A DNA stretch of 64,000 bases from Octopus sinensis. Lineage: Eukaryota. The number at the start of each line of letters is the position of its first letter. Within the stretch, counting starts at the first letter, position 1. Both the position numbers and the translations under genes were made by a program. This document shows, one piece after another, positions 1-13,217 of the stretch. The DNA is taken from assembly GCF_006345805.1 (NCBI RefSeq), contig NC_043021.1, forward strand, positions 18,104,001 to 18,168,000, given 5' to 3'. The notes beneath the pieces were generated by a model. The model was not told the DNA's origin and searched no databases. It worked only from the letters and a program-made list of their open reading frames with translations.

Positions 1-330
1 ATTTTGTTGAGAAGTTATACAGAAAATACTTCTTAGCTTACATGTGGGTGGGTAAGCTATACTTCCTCCCCTCCGTGATTCATTCCATACCAAAACTATG
101 TTATTTTTAAAACATATAAACATATTTTAGTATACTAAATTTTCTAGGTTTCATACTTTGTTCAGTGCAAGGAAACTGTTTTTCGGGCTGTACCAAGTGT
201 GACTCTCAGTGCAGTTGTTGTTGTTGTTTTGTTTACATTTAGTTTGAGAAGGAAGCCATGCTCATTAGCTGCTACAGGCCTTCTGTAGACTTTCTAAGGC
301 AAATGTGGTTAATATTGTCAGAATATTTGA

Positions 331-369
<39 letters not shown>

Positions 370-586
370 CATAATAAAATATTAGGGAATAAATCCAAAC
401 TTACAGGGAAAAATCAGATAGGATTATCCAATTTTTAGTAAAATATTATTATATTAAATTAGAGATAAAACCACTATTAGGCAAGTCAAACAATGAAAAA
501 CATAAGCCAATACATAAAATTAATTAATTTATATTATTTTAAATATATATCAAAAGTATTAAAAGTTTAATAAAAGATAAAGAGTA

Positions 587-661
587 AAACACTACGATCG
601 TTTCATGGCTGTACAATTCGTAATAATTCGAGTTATGGTTACAGTCAATCTTCAGGTAATT
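587..661 (-). ncRNA. Type I hammerhead ribozyme-like motif, probably within a Penelope-like element terminal repeat remnant
   Basis: The minus strand reads CUGAAGA (655-649), helix II UGACUGUA/UACAGCCA, GAAA (604-601), C-GAUC-G, then UA, giving a GUA cleavage triplet. Helix I is AAUUAC/GUGUUU. Confidence 0.6.
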
Positions 662-954
662 GAAATATTTATCTTAGCGAGGTTTAGCAATGAACATACA
701 TATATATAAATTTGCTCTTCTCTGAAAATTGCTAAGCTACAAGTGGTGATATTGTCATTTCCCCCTGTCAACAAATCATCTGCTGCTTTGGTGCTTTCGA
801 ATATCTCTAGAATAAATAGTAGAGTCCTTATTTGAAAAACAAGCTAGGGTTAGTGACAGCAAGAGCATTGGCTGTAAAACAGTGCTACAATATATACACA
901 TCTAAGCTTTACTAGCACAGAAAAATACTCAAAATGAATGAATGAATGGATATA

Positions 955-1467
955 TCTATATAGATAAAACTGTAGTTGTGTGAGTGTCTGTCCCCTTCGA
1001 TTTAGATTCCTAACTACTCCCACATTTTGCGGTGCAGATTAACCAAATTCGGGCATCTTATAGTCGTGATTCATATCGAGCCCATCTGAGTATTAGCGCG
1101 CGTCAACGATGAGTCTACGATTTTAAAAATAATTTAACATCATTTTTTATTCCATTTTAATGCATAATTTTTCGTGTGTCGATGGTGGCGGAGTTGGCGT
1201 CCATGGTCACACCTGCACCTGTTTGCTTCTCCCCCTTCTTCCCTCCCTCGTGAAGCTGTGGGGAAGGGAGTGTAAGGAAATCAACGTCGTAAAGCGTTGT
1301 CAAGGAGACCAGCGTTCTTTTAGAACAACGATTTCATGGCTTGAAGACACCAAAACAGAAATGGCTAAGAAAGCCCGAATTGGAATCTATAAGGGAAGTA
1401 ACTCTCTAAAAATGCTTATATAGTTATTTCCCTTACAAACCCGAGCAACGCCGGGCGATACTGCTAG
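955..1467 (+). mobile_element. Non-autonomous Helitron
   Basis: 5' TC, 3' hairpin CCCGAGCAACGCCGGG followed by CTAG, inserted between A and T with no TSD. Related copies at 12469, 25975 and 32513. Confidence 0.8.
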
Positions 1468-1483
1468 TATATATATATATATA

Positions 1484-1746
1484 TCATCATCATCATCATT
1501 TAACGTCAGCTTTCCATGCTAGCATGTGTTGGACGATTTAACTGAGGTCTGGCGAACCAGACTCCAATCTGATCTGGCAGAGTTTCTACAGCTGGATGCC
1601 CTTCCTAACACCAACCACTCCGAGGGTGTAGTGGGTGCTTTTACGTACCACCGGCACGAGGGCCAGTCAGGTGGTACTGGCAACGGCCACGCCCAAATGG
1701 TGCTTTTTACGTGCCACCTGCACAGGAGCCAGTCCAGCGGCACTGG

Positions 1747-1750
<4 letters not shown>
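1484..1750 (-). mobile_element. RTE-LINE 3'UTR-derived repeat with (GAT)n tail
   Basis: Shares the core ggatgcccttcctaac(g/a)ccaaccactcc and the (cat)n end with more than 12 copies in the window. The copy at 19594 is continuous with an RTE ORF terminus. Confidence 0.75.
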
Positions 1751-1817
<67 letters not shown>

Positions 1818-2006
1818 TACAGAAAATATAATGAAGATACCGAAAGAAGAATGGAGAATTATACATCTTCAAAATTTATTTATTATATTAGATATCTATC
1901 CAACATCTGTTTCTGCTGGATAAGTGTTCTAATGTCCTACCAGATCTGGATTATATCAGAATGTTAATAAGGTACCTGTCCAGAGTCCAAATATATATTC
2001 ATTTAC

Positions 2007-2050
<44 letters not shown>

Positions 2051-2128
2051 TGATCATGTGTATGATGCATGTATACACATTTGAAGGATTGCAAAAAGCT
2101 AAATGACTATTGAGGATTGAACACACAT

Positions 2129-2171
<43 letters not shown>

Positions 2172-3269
2172 GAAAATGCAAAGTTCTAAGAATCATCATT
2201 CCTGAAAAACAAAAAGAAGATCCTCCAAAATTATTATCAATTTTTAAAAAATTAATACAATTTGTTTTCTAAACACAGCCCTCAGTTTATGTGTCTTGTT
2301 AAAGCTGGTGGTTATGTTTTAGTTTTGTCAAAGCTACAAATGTCGGGTTGCCATTTCGTCTAAACAAGATGTCAGTGGAGGAAGCTACTCACACTTCTTC
2401 TTCCTCTCTCTCTCTCTCTCTCCCCACCAACCAGTCTATTTTTATTGCATATTAACATTTATCATCATAAGAATGTGAATGTTTATTTATGGTCCTTGCT
2501 CTGTATTTGTCATCTCTTTGCTATACTTCCTCCATTGCATTACATCATATCTCTCTCTCACACTCTCGCATCTACTCTCTCGCATCTACTCTCTCTCTCT
2601 CTCTCTCTCATGCTTTTTCTCCCTTTTGCTCACACTCACTTTCTTCCTGTTCCCCCCCCCTCTCATACATGTTTTTTTCCTTCATCTTCAACTGGCAGCT
2701 TTGTTGCAGTTTATCACTTTATCAGTTTGGGAATTTTTTTTTTCCACCCCATATTTTTTGTCAGTTTTTCTTTCTTATTCCTATTTTTTTCTGTCTGTTT
2801 TCGTTTTTTTTCTCTGCATTAACTTTTAATTTTTTATATTATTATATATTTATTTTTTCCCCCCTGATAATGCTTTTGCTTCTATTTCAATTGTTTAAAT
2901 CTGCACTTGGTGCAGTAACCACACTACTGCAGCACCTGTAAGCATTACAAATATTTATAATGCAGAAATCCTGGTACCTGTTACACCAGATCCTTAGACT
3001 AAATGAATTCATAACTGAGCCATGGCTCTGTATTCCTTTACATTCTCAATTCAATCCCTGTCTAATACCTCATGTTATTCCTCATGGGTCAACGGAATTT
3101 ATTGTTACATTCTAATTTCAAATCTTGCTAAAATCAGCTTTGCTTTCCTTCCCAGTGAAGTTGATACCAGTTATGTCTTGGCGTTGATTTGACATTAATG
3201 ACTGTTTCCTCTTCCCCAAAATTTACAGACCTGTATCTATATTAGAAATCATTATTTTTATTGTTATTC

Positions 3270-3617
3270 AGAGGTGATTCTCAGCCCCTTTTTTGTTTAT
3301 TATCTATGGACTCTTTTGATTACTATTTTTCTCTGGTGGACCCCCATAGCCATTTGATGTTTAAAAACAAGCATTATAGATACTTCTTTCAAAATTCCTA
3401 TTTTATTTTTCATACATTAACTTGTGTAAGTTGAACTACGTAAAATGTTTGAGAAGGAAACCCAGCTGTTTCTTACAATAAACACATCTAAAGAAAATTT
3501 TTTTTATGAACCCTTAAAATACTGCTTTGGATTTCCAATTTACTATTTGCTTGCATGGAGCCCCAAAATTCTTAAATGGACTCCCAGGGACCATCTGAAC
3601 CCTGGTTGAGAACCATT
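3270..3617. mobile_element. hAT-type MITE (degenerate); related copy at ~59239-59450
   Basis: cag..gattctca / ggttgagaaccattg termini. The internal text ttgattactatttttctctggtgga is shared with 59275-59300. Confidence 0.6.
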
Positions 3618-5726
3618 GATTTGGAACATCAAACAAAAGGCTTTGCAGCATTTCTTCAGGCTCTTTAAGTGTCATGGTTCAATTACTGCCAAGGTCAACT
3701 TTGCTTTCATCTTTTTTCAGGGTCAATAAAGTACAATACCAGTGAAGTTATGGGGTTTTAATTTATCCTATTCCTCTAAATTACTGGATTTTTACCTAAG
3801 CTACATATGATTATTATCGGCAGTATTATATTAGAGTAGGCCCTGCATCTGAAGATCCTTTCACTGAGAAAATGAAAGGATTTTCAGACACTGGACCTCA
3901 CTGAGGAGATAATAAGGAACCAGAGCTTCTGGTGATTTACTAACTTGAGAAGACGTGTTAAGCACCCAGGGGTCTTCCAGCATGCTGGACACCAACCTAG
4001 AATTTCCAAGGGCCTATGCTATTGCTAAATAGTTGTTGTACCTATACTAGATTCATTTGTTCTTTTGACAGGTCTTGTTTCTGGTCTTGCTGGGTTTCTA
4101 GCAATCCTCCTCATTAGGCAAGCCTAGTGCTGGTTTAGTCACTGATGACCTGACCATGCAACAAGCTGTACTGGATTCCTCATTACCAGTAGCACTCATG
4201 AGAGATCTCACAAGTGACCTGACTATAGGAATATATTTAGTCCTATATATAATATTGTCCTTGATAGAGTATGCCTGAATGGTTATAGATGGAGCTTTTT
4301 TAATCATAGGTCTGCTTGTTTAGAGCTGACCTAGAGTTAAACAACAACAACAACAACAACAACAATAATGAAAGGTGTACTATTAATATAGCAAGGTCAA
4401 TTCAGTTGGATTTATCTCCCTTCCCTGTGGAAGTTGGTTTAAAAAAAAATTCAATATTTTTTTTGTGAAGACTACAATCTCCAATCATGACCACTATCGA
4501 CCTAGCACCAGTATTAACCAATCTCTACTACCACTACCATCACCATCATTATTAAACATTATCAGTACTATCACCATTCTCATTGACAAACCACCACCCC
4601 AATACTGTACCAAGTATGCCTATACATAGCTAAGTTATTCATTTGGTAATTTGTTATATATTAGGTCCTATGTCAAGGAATTTGGCCTGCAGCACACAAC
4701 TATAACAAGTGTGTGTGTGTGCATGTGCATGCATATAAGTACATTAAGTGGAATGATACTACTTCACTTTTGTATGGATACATGTGTATAGGAACACATG
4801 GATGCATGCATGGATGCACTTGCGCACATTTCTGATGTATATACAAACTCACACGTGCATGCATGCATTTATTTTCTTCCCCTCTCTTTCTCTTTGCCAT
4901 AGACATACTGTTGCACATAAATGCACACATTTTGCACATACTTGTGCAAATGTGTAGAAAATATAAACACACACCGTTTCTCTCTCTCTCTCAGATTTAT
5001 CAACAGCAACATGTTTGTCTTGGTATGTTCCAGTAATTTGTTGGTGCAGGATGAAGAGGCAATGAATGAGAGCAGAGGTGTCAGGTGGTGGTGATAAGGG
5101 TGGTAGTGACAGTGAAGTCGATAGTAGTGTTGGAACTTACAGTGATGATGATGATGATTGTGGCAGTGGCAGTGGCAGTAGTGGTGGTGGTGGTGGTGGT
5201 GGAGGATATAGGAAGAGGAAATAAGGTAAATTAGTTATGGTGTCAAATCCAGAATAAGGTAATTCTTGTTCTAGAGAACCGGAGTTGGTGGTGGTGGTGG
5301 TGGTGTGTGTGTGTGTGTGTGTGTGTGGTGCGGTATTTCTGTAAGAGAGGGTTTTGATGTGCAACTTCTCAAAAGGAACATGAACTGCTTCAATCTTTTC
5401 AACCTCGGAGGGCCTGTGATGGCAGTGGGTACAGTTTTGTTTTTTTTACTTTGGTTCAAATCACTGGAGAGAAGTGGAGGAAGTAAAAGCAACCTTTGAT
5501 TAAGGAACAGAGAAATGGTGTTGAAAAGATTGTGTGTGTGTGTGTGTGAATTTTAAGGAAGTGTCTTTAAATATTGCAGAGATAGGTGGCTGTTGGGACA
5601 AAAAGTAACGAACTAGATTAAAAGGCTAAAGAACATACTGGAGCAGTGAGTATGTGTGTTAGCATAAGTGTTTTGTGTGTGTGTGTGTGTGTTTGTTGTG
5701 ACATTTGTGTAAAGGAGAGAAAAATT

Positions 5727-5960
5727 TTAACCCTTTAGCATTTAAACCGGCCATATCCGGTCAAAAGTATTCTGCCTGTTTTAAGTTCAAACTGGCCAGA
5801 TCTGGTCTCTCACACCAACCCTACAATATTGTTTTAAAAATTAACAGCTCATAGCTGTTAAAAAATCTCATAGCTACAAAATAATGCATGATTAGTTCCA
5901 AACAATGTGGATAAAAAAAGGATTAATTTTGGCAGAATAATGTGAACACTAAAGGGTTAA
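5727..5960 (+). mobile_element. piggyBac-type MITE
   Basis: TTAA|CCCTTTAG ... CTAAAGGG|TTAA, i.e. TIRs with a TTAA target duplication. Confidence 0.8.
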
Positions 5961-6495
5961 GGTTAGCTAGTGTGACAGTGTCAATCCAGAGAAGAAATGG
6001 TGAGTAATAAATACCAGTAATATATTCAGGATATACAAAGGTAGCCGAGCAGATAATGGGGATAGCTAGTGAGCAGTTGGGAGATTCATATTTGTCACAT
6101 GATCTGCTAGAAATCTCACTCAAATCACATTCTATCTAGTTGTGTAATGCTACATTAGATAGTTGAATACAGATGGGTTCGTCATGGGTGGAATGTCTTT
6201 GTTGTAGATGTCTGAGATTAAAGCTAATCTAAACTAAATCACAATAACTTGATATACATTATATTTTATAATGTCTTCTTCCATTGTCAGTTATATAATC
6301 TCTTACAATATATATATATATATATATATAACCGTGATCACCGTGACCGACACCAGGCTATCAGATGTTGCTACACATCGCTGGTCACAATGCGCTTTGC
6401 ATTGTTTTAGCCTTCAAATGACGCCACCCCGCTGGCTAAGCGAGCAGGCCATATATATATATATATTATATATATATATATGTATGTATATATAT

Positions 6496-7342
6496 TGGAG
6501 GGGTACGGGATAAAGTACCCGCATTGACTTGCTATAAAAGCTGGTAGTAATTTTACCTTGTACTTATTCTTAGTGCAAGTTTTGAAGTGTGCAGTTTGAT
6601 TTTAATTAGTTATTTTTTCAAAGCTATAGTGGAAGTGACAAAGCATATTAGCATATTTTGCTTTATGAGCTCGATAAAGGCAACAACGCAATGAAAATGC
6701 AGTATATGGGGAATGGACAATAAGCATAAGCCAGTGTCAGTGGTGATTCCAGAAATTCCGACCCAGAAACTACAACCTAGAAGACGAGTCTCATCCTGGA
6801 AGATCTGTAGAGCTCAACGAGGACATCCTGCAAACCCTGGTGGAACAAAATCCCATTATAAGTGTTGAGGAACTAGCAGAGTAACTTGCATTTGGCCATT
6901 CAACCAGTCATTCAAGTCAGCGCTAAAAGAAAAACGACCATCTTTGGTTTCAAGACAAAAGGTGTTCTTCCATCAGGATAATGCTTGGCCACATACAGTG
7001 AGGATGACATTCCAAAAGCTGGAGCAGTTTGAAAGGGAAATGATGCCCCACCAACCATATTTGCCAGACATTGTCCTATCTGATTATCATTTATTCCGCA
7101 GTCTTCAAAATCATTTGGACAGAGAAAATCTGAATTCTGTAGACAAGGTCAGAACAGTACTGGAGGAGTATTTTTCATCACGGACAAGGGAATTTTGGAA
7201 GAGGGCCCTTGCAAGTTTATCAGGTAGCTGGAAAAGCATTGTAGAAAATGAAGGAGAGTATATTTTAGATGAAAAAAGAACTTTATTTTAATTTTGAAAA
7301 ATAAAAGTATAAAAACCTGCATTATTTATGGGATGACCTAAT
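6496..7342 (+). mobile_element. Internally deleted mariner (DD34D) transposon with transposase pseudogene
   Basis: ORF 6944-7291 has HQDNAWPH and YLPDIVLSDYHLFRSLQNHL (the mariner YSPDLAPSDY motif). A frameshifted N-terminal HTH lies upstream. The 3' TIR tgcattatttatgggatgacctaaTA matches the 5' TIR fragment at 58942. Confidence 0.9.
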
Positions 7343-8196
7343 ATATATATATATTATATAATTATCCTTCCTTTCTCACACACACTATTTTCTCTAATCA
7401 CCTCCTTTCTATGCCTTCAGATATCTTTCTCCTGGGCCATGCTCAATTTAATACCCCATACACTATCTTTTGCTGCACCCTCATGAACCCTACATCTCCC
7501 TCCTCATCGCTTTTAGGCCTTGCATACCACCCCTCTACTTTCTGATCTATCCTCCTTCCTGAGCCACTTCTAGCTCTCCCACCTTACATCTCCCCATCAT
7601 CTGTACCTCTACTTTTGTTCGTTACTCACTGCATTTACCTCTACCTCCATCCTTAAGCATCTGTTGCTCTCCCCTCAGACTCTTGTAAAAAATCCACTCT
7701 CCCCCTCCTTCCAACACCTACTGTTTTTACTCTCTCTCATGCTCAACTTCTTGCATCTTGAGAGTTTGCTTTGGCACTCCATCACTATGTTCTCTTATCT
7801 CCTTCTTAACCACTCCCACCCACACCTATATAGAATGTGGTGTGGGCATGCATCTCCCCTCCAGCAAGACACCTGTGCTTGCCCTTCTAATATACTTTAG
7901 CCTTTCAACATCCAGCATAAAGCCACCTTCTCCTCTCAAATATTCCCCCTCCCACTTTTTCCTTTTCCCCTTTCTGTCTTGCAAGTTAGCAACCTCACTA
8001 GCTTCAGCGACATGAAAGAAAGCCCCAGTACACACTGTGAAGTGGTTGGCATTAGAAATGGCATCCGACTGTAGAAACCTTGCCAAAGCTGATACTGGAA
8101 CTCAGTGCTGTGCAGCAGTTCATCAGATCCAATCAAACTGTTCAACCCATGCCAGCATGGAAAACAGGTGATGATGATATATGCAGCAATCCTCAT

Positions 8197-8417
8197 TTAA
8201 CCCTTTAGAATTCAAACCGGCCATATCCGGCCAAAATATTTAACCTGTTTTATATTGAAACTGACCAGTTCTCGCCTCTCACCTCAGCCCTACCATGTCA
8301 TTCTAAAACTAAAAAATAGCATCACTGAAATCTCTAAACTACAAGATGAATAATTCAAACCATTTTAAATAAACAAACATCACATTTGACAGAATAATCT
8401 GAACACTAAAGGGTTAA
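8197..8417 (+). mobile_element. piggyBac-type MITE (same family as 5727)
   Basis: TTAA|CCCTTTAG ... CTAAAGGG|TTAA. An inverted partial copy follows at ~8873-9095. Confidence 0.78.
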
Positions 8418-9278
8418 TATCTGTGTTCCATGTCACATGGATTGGATGGTTCAACAGTATCCAAAGAGCCATAGAGCTATGTTGAGCTTTAATGCCTACT
8501 TAGGCATGATTTCTACAGCTGGATGCCATTCCTAATGCCAACCGCCCTACAGGATGGGCATGCACGATTCTAATCTGATAATCATGTTAATCTACAATTA
8601 TGAAGGAACTTAGTGTTGAGGCAAGAGTATTTTATAAATGGGTTTCTTCACACTCTTACTACATGGCAGCCATCAGTCATAAAACACTGATGTGTGGGTG
8701 AGGAATGGAGGATAATTATACAGTATCATTGTCATTTTCATCATTGTCATCACTAACACCACCACCACTATGATCATTGTCATTCACCACCACTACCACC
8801 ACCTTTGTTGTCATCATCATCACCACCACCACCACCATCAGGGTGGTTGATTGGCAGAATTGTTAGCTCTTTTTAACCCCTTAGCATTCAGATTATTCTA
8901 CCAAATGTGATGCTTATTTGTTCACATTGTATTGAATTAATTGTGCATTCTCTCATATTTGTGAGATTTCTGAGATGTGACTCTTTACGTTGGGAATGAT
9001 GTTGTAGGATAGGCGTAAGAGACTGGATCTGACTGGTTTTGAACATAAAACAGGTGAAATATTTAGTCCGGATATGGCCTAAATATGGCCGGTTTGACTG
9101 GTAGACATCAAAATGAGTTGCAGTTTTACTTATGTCTCTTTCTTTGTTCTGAATTCAAATCCTGCCAGGGTTGATAAAATAAAGAATCGGTCAAATCTAT
9201 AATCAATTAATATTGTCTATTCCAAATGAAATCAATATCATTATTTTCTTGGAGATCAACTTTGTTTTTCATCCTTCT

Positions 9279-9510
9279 ATTTCTTTACTACCCACAAGGG
9301 GCTAAACACAGAGGGGACTAACACGGACAGACAAACGGATTAAGTCGGTTATATCGACCCCAGTGTGTAACTGGTACTTATTTAATCGACCCCGAAAGGA
9401 TGAAAGGCAAAGTCGACCTCGGCGGAATTTGAGCTCAGAACGTAACGGCAGACGAAATACCGCTAAGCATTTCGCCCGGCGTGCTAACGTTTCTGCCAGC
9501 TCACCGCCTT
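9279..9510 (-). mobile_element. Young tRNA-derived SINE (family A) nested in an older copy of the same family
   Basis: Minus-strand head ggcggtgagctggcagaa...gttctgagctcaaattcc (A/B box-like). 18-bp TSD tttgtttttcatccttct at 9261-9278 and 9512-9529. Confidence 0.85.
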
Positions 9511-9943
9511 ATTTGTTTTTCATCCTTCTGGAGAGTGTCTGTCAATGATATAAAGTACCAGTTAAGTACTAGGGGTTGATATTGTTGACTCTTCTCTTGC
9601 CCTAGATTTCTTGTCTAGCGTCAATGTCTGAGATCAATATCATCATCATCACCATTATCATTATCATTATGATTCCCTTCTCCCTCTCCTCTGTCTTTCT
9701 GTTCCTCAGTCAACTGTGTATGAATACAAATGTAACCAAATGATGTTGCTTAACTTAATACTGTGTTGCAATAGATAACTAGATAAATAAAGAAATGAAA
9801 TTCAGTTGAATATTTGATGTAGTTCATGAGAGATGAAACAGAGTTCTTTTGACTATCGCTCTCTCTCTCTCTCTCATTACTCACCAGCATCCCCCCCACA
9901 CACACAACCCCATACCCATCAGTGAAAGATTTATGGCTTATAA

Positions 9944-10029
<86 letters not shown>

Positions 10030-10133
10030 CTGTCTGTCTCTCATATATACACATATAATCTACTGCTCTATATTTCTCTGTCTATGTATTTGTCCATTTA
10101 TCCATCTTAATATATGCACACAGACACGTGCAC

Positions 10134-10168
<35 letters not shown>

Positions 10169-10574
10169 TATATTTTGGATAATTGAAATACACAAAAAAA
10201 AAACAAAAAACAAAACAAAAGACTAAGAATGCCATTAGGAAAGGAATTTTTGTAAGCAAGCAAACAAAAGGTGACCAGCAAATAGGGACGATGATGATGA
10301 TGATAGTAGTAGTGGTGATGATGATGGTGGTGGTGGTGGTAGTGGTGGTGGTGGTGGTAATGATGATGCTGATGATGATGCTTCGGTAGATGGTAGGGGT
10401 AGGGTAACGTATGATTGTAGTGGTTGTGTTGTCGATAGGATGTAAGTATGGGTGATGATGACATGGAAACATCCAGTTACAGGAGCGGTTGGGGTAGGTG
10501 GGTGGGTGGGTGGGTGGAGGGAAGTTAGATGGACTTCAAATCAATATGTGATGGTTATTCTATTGATGTTCCAC

Positions 10575-10609
<35 letters not shown>

Positions 10610-11414
10610 CATCTGCCTCTTATCTTGCTCTCCCCCCCCCATCTTGTCTGTCTTCAGTCTCCCCATCTTTCAATCCTATATATATATACGTCTGTCTGTA
10701 AGCTAACAATCTTACTGTTAATCCTCTTCTCTGCCTGCCGCCTTCCTCTCTCCTTACTCACCACACACACACACGTCTTTAGCTGTCTCTCCTCTCTCAC
10801 ACTCCACCTCTTGTCTGTCATCTCACCTCCCACCTCTCCTCTGACTAATAATGGCTCCAGCAGAAGGTGGAGGAGGGGAAACCAACCAAAGAAACATTCA
10901 TTTTTATGATGTTTTCCTTTGTATTTATTTATTCATCTTGATTGTATTACCATGGCAATAGTGTTGTTGTTGTTGTTGTTGTTGTTAGTATTTGTGGTAG
11001 TAGTGGATATGGGCTGGGGCTGGATGTACCCCTCTGTCAGTTTCTCTGATGGAGCCAGCATCCATAATGGTGGTTTGTGGTGGGAGTGAATTGGTTGTAT
11101 TGATGATGATAGTGGTGGCCAGACTTTGGCCAGTCTGTGAGCTGCACCAATTATTGAAATGATGCCAGCAGTGAGTGCAATCAGAATTTAGCAAGAATAT
11201 ATCTTAAAGTTTCTCCATTGATGTCATCGCTAGTAACTCTAGCGTTGTTACCACTCATCATTCTCATGTTGATGTCACTAGTCAAGCAGTTATTGTCTCT
11301 ACTGGTCATCACTTTGGTATTCACACCTGGTCACTCTCATATCATCAGTGGTCACTCTGTTACTGCCAATCACTCTGATGTTGTCACCAATAGTCAGTTT
11401 GGTGACATCACCTT

Positions 11415-11465
<51 letters not shown>

Positions 11466-12227
11466 TCAGCAGTGGTCACTTTGGTTACTCTGATGTCACC
11501 ACTGGTCACTTTAGTGATGTTCTCGCTCCCATCTTGATTGGAGACTCTCTTGCCGTCACAATCACTTTTTACATTTGGTAAATCAATATTGATTGCTATT
11601 TTTTCACAGGTTTTCTAAACACTCTATTTAGTACTCCAAATCTAATTGACTGACCAGGGCTAAATAGTCAAGTTAATAATAATATACTGGACAATGAGCT
11701 AGAAGTTGGTAATTTATATTCTGTTACCTGTATTGTATTGTATCCTTGAGCAGGACATTTAACTCCTCATAGCCCAGTCAACCTAGTTACATTTAGGTAC
11801 CACAGTATAACTGCATGCAATTAAGTATAGCTATTTGTAGCATAGTCTACAGTACAATATCCATGAGCCAGGCACTTGACATTTCTCGGATCCCCCCCCC
11901 ATTCCTTGGATTTTATTAAGAACATATTTTTATAGAAAGGAAAACAATACATTTAAGGTATAAAAGATCAAATTATTGAGAAAAAAAACCCCATAACTAC
12001 CTCACCAAAGAAAATGAAAAAAAAAATGGGGTGGGGGATTAAGTAGCAGAAGATGGTGGGGAGGGGTGAGTTAGGGGTTGTGCACTCCAGAATAAATGGC
12101 ATTTTTAGCTGCACCTTGCAGACATGAATGCAAAGGTATTGCTGTGGAGAATGGCCAGTAACACTTGATGTTCACTGACCAGTCTGTTTCACTGAAGGCA
12201 AGTAACTCAGTGTGGTATCATTTAGTG

Positions 12228-12446
12228 CAGTGCTTTTCAAACTTTTTGCTAGAGCGGAACCCCAAGGAAACATTCCACTGGCTCGAGGAACCCCTGTGCA
12301 ATAATTTAATAGTCTTATGCACACATATCTGCACAGGAGACTTAAAAATTACTGCCGATTTTAGCAGTTTTGTAACTTCTTGCAGAACTCCTGGACTGTA
12401 CTGGCGGAACCCTAAGGTTCCGCAGAACCCTGGTTGAAAACCACTG
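12228..12446. mobile_element. hAT (Charlie-like) MITE
   Basis: CAGTGCTTTTCAA ... TTGAAAACCACTG TIRs and an 8-bp TSD atttagtg/gtttagtg (7/8). Confidence 0.85.
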
Positions 12447-12468
12447 GTTTAGTGTATTGTATTCATGA

Positions 12469-12851
12469 CTAGCAGTATCGCCCGGCGTTGCTCAGGTTTG
12501 TAAGGGAAATAACTATAAAGCATTTTTAGAGAGTTATAGCCAAAAAATAGCAAAAAAATGGAAAAAAATGATGGTAAATTTTTTTGAGAGTAAAAAAAGG
12601 TGGAGTTGCGTCCCCTAGACAGTTTGCGGTTTGTGTTTCTGATTCTCGACCCCATGTCAAATTTATCGATTTTTTTCAGAACTGGGGGAACTTTTCAAAA
12701 TTTTCGCTGCGTTAGTTTTGAATTATGACATTGGGCTATGTGTGTGTCAAGTTTCATCAGAATTGGTTGAAAGCCGTGGTCAGGGTGAGGGTACAAGCAA
12801 ACAGACACACAGAAACACGCACAGACAAACTGCCGTTTATATAGAGAGAGA
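12469..12851 (-). mobile_element. Non-autonomous Helitron (different 5' body, shared 3' end)
   Basis: Begins ctagcagtatcgcccggcgttgctc, the reverse complement of the 3' hairpin/CTAG end of the element at 955. Confidence 0.75.
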
Positions 12852-13217
12852 TGAAGGTACTTAACTGTTAACATCCTAGAAACTAGCTTGAAGTCTAATA
12901 CAATCATTATAATTCACTGAGTAAGCAGGGGCAACACTCTAAAAGTGATGAAGGTTTTGCTGTGCTACTGAATGTGGGTTCTTTTTAGAGGAACTGTTCA
13001 GAGAATTGTGTTAAAAGGCTGTGTGGACAAATATTTAGAGACTAGGTCAATGCTAGGTTATATTTTATAGGTGGAAGCATGGCTGTGTGGTAAGACGTCC
13101 TTCCCAACTACATTGTTCTGGGTTCAGTCCCCCTGTATATCAAAGGTGTCTACTAGAGCCTTGGGTTAATCAAAGGATTTGGAAGACAGAAACTGTGTGG
13201 AAGCCTATTACATATAT

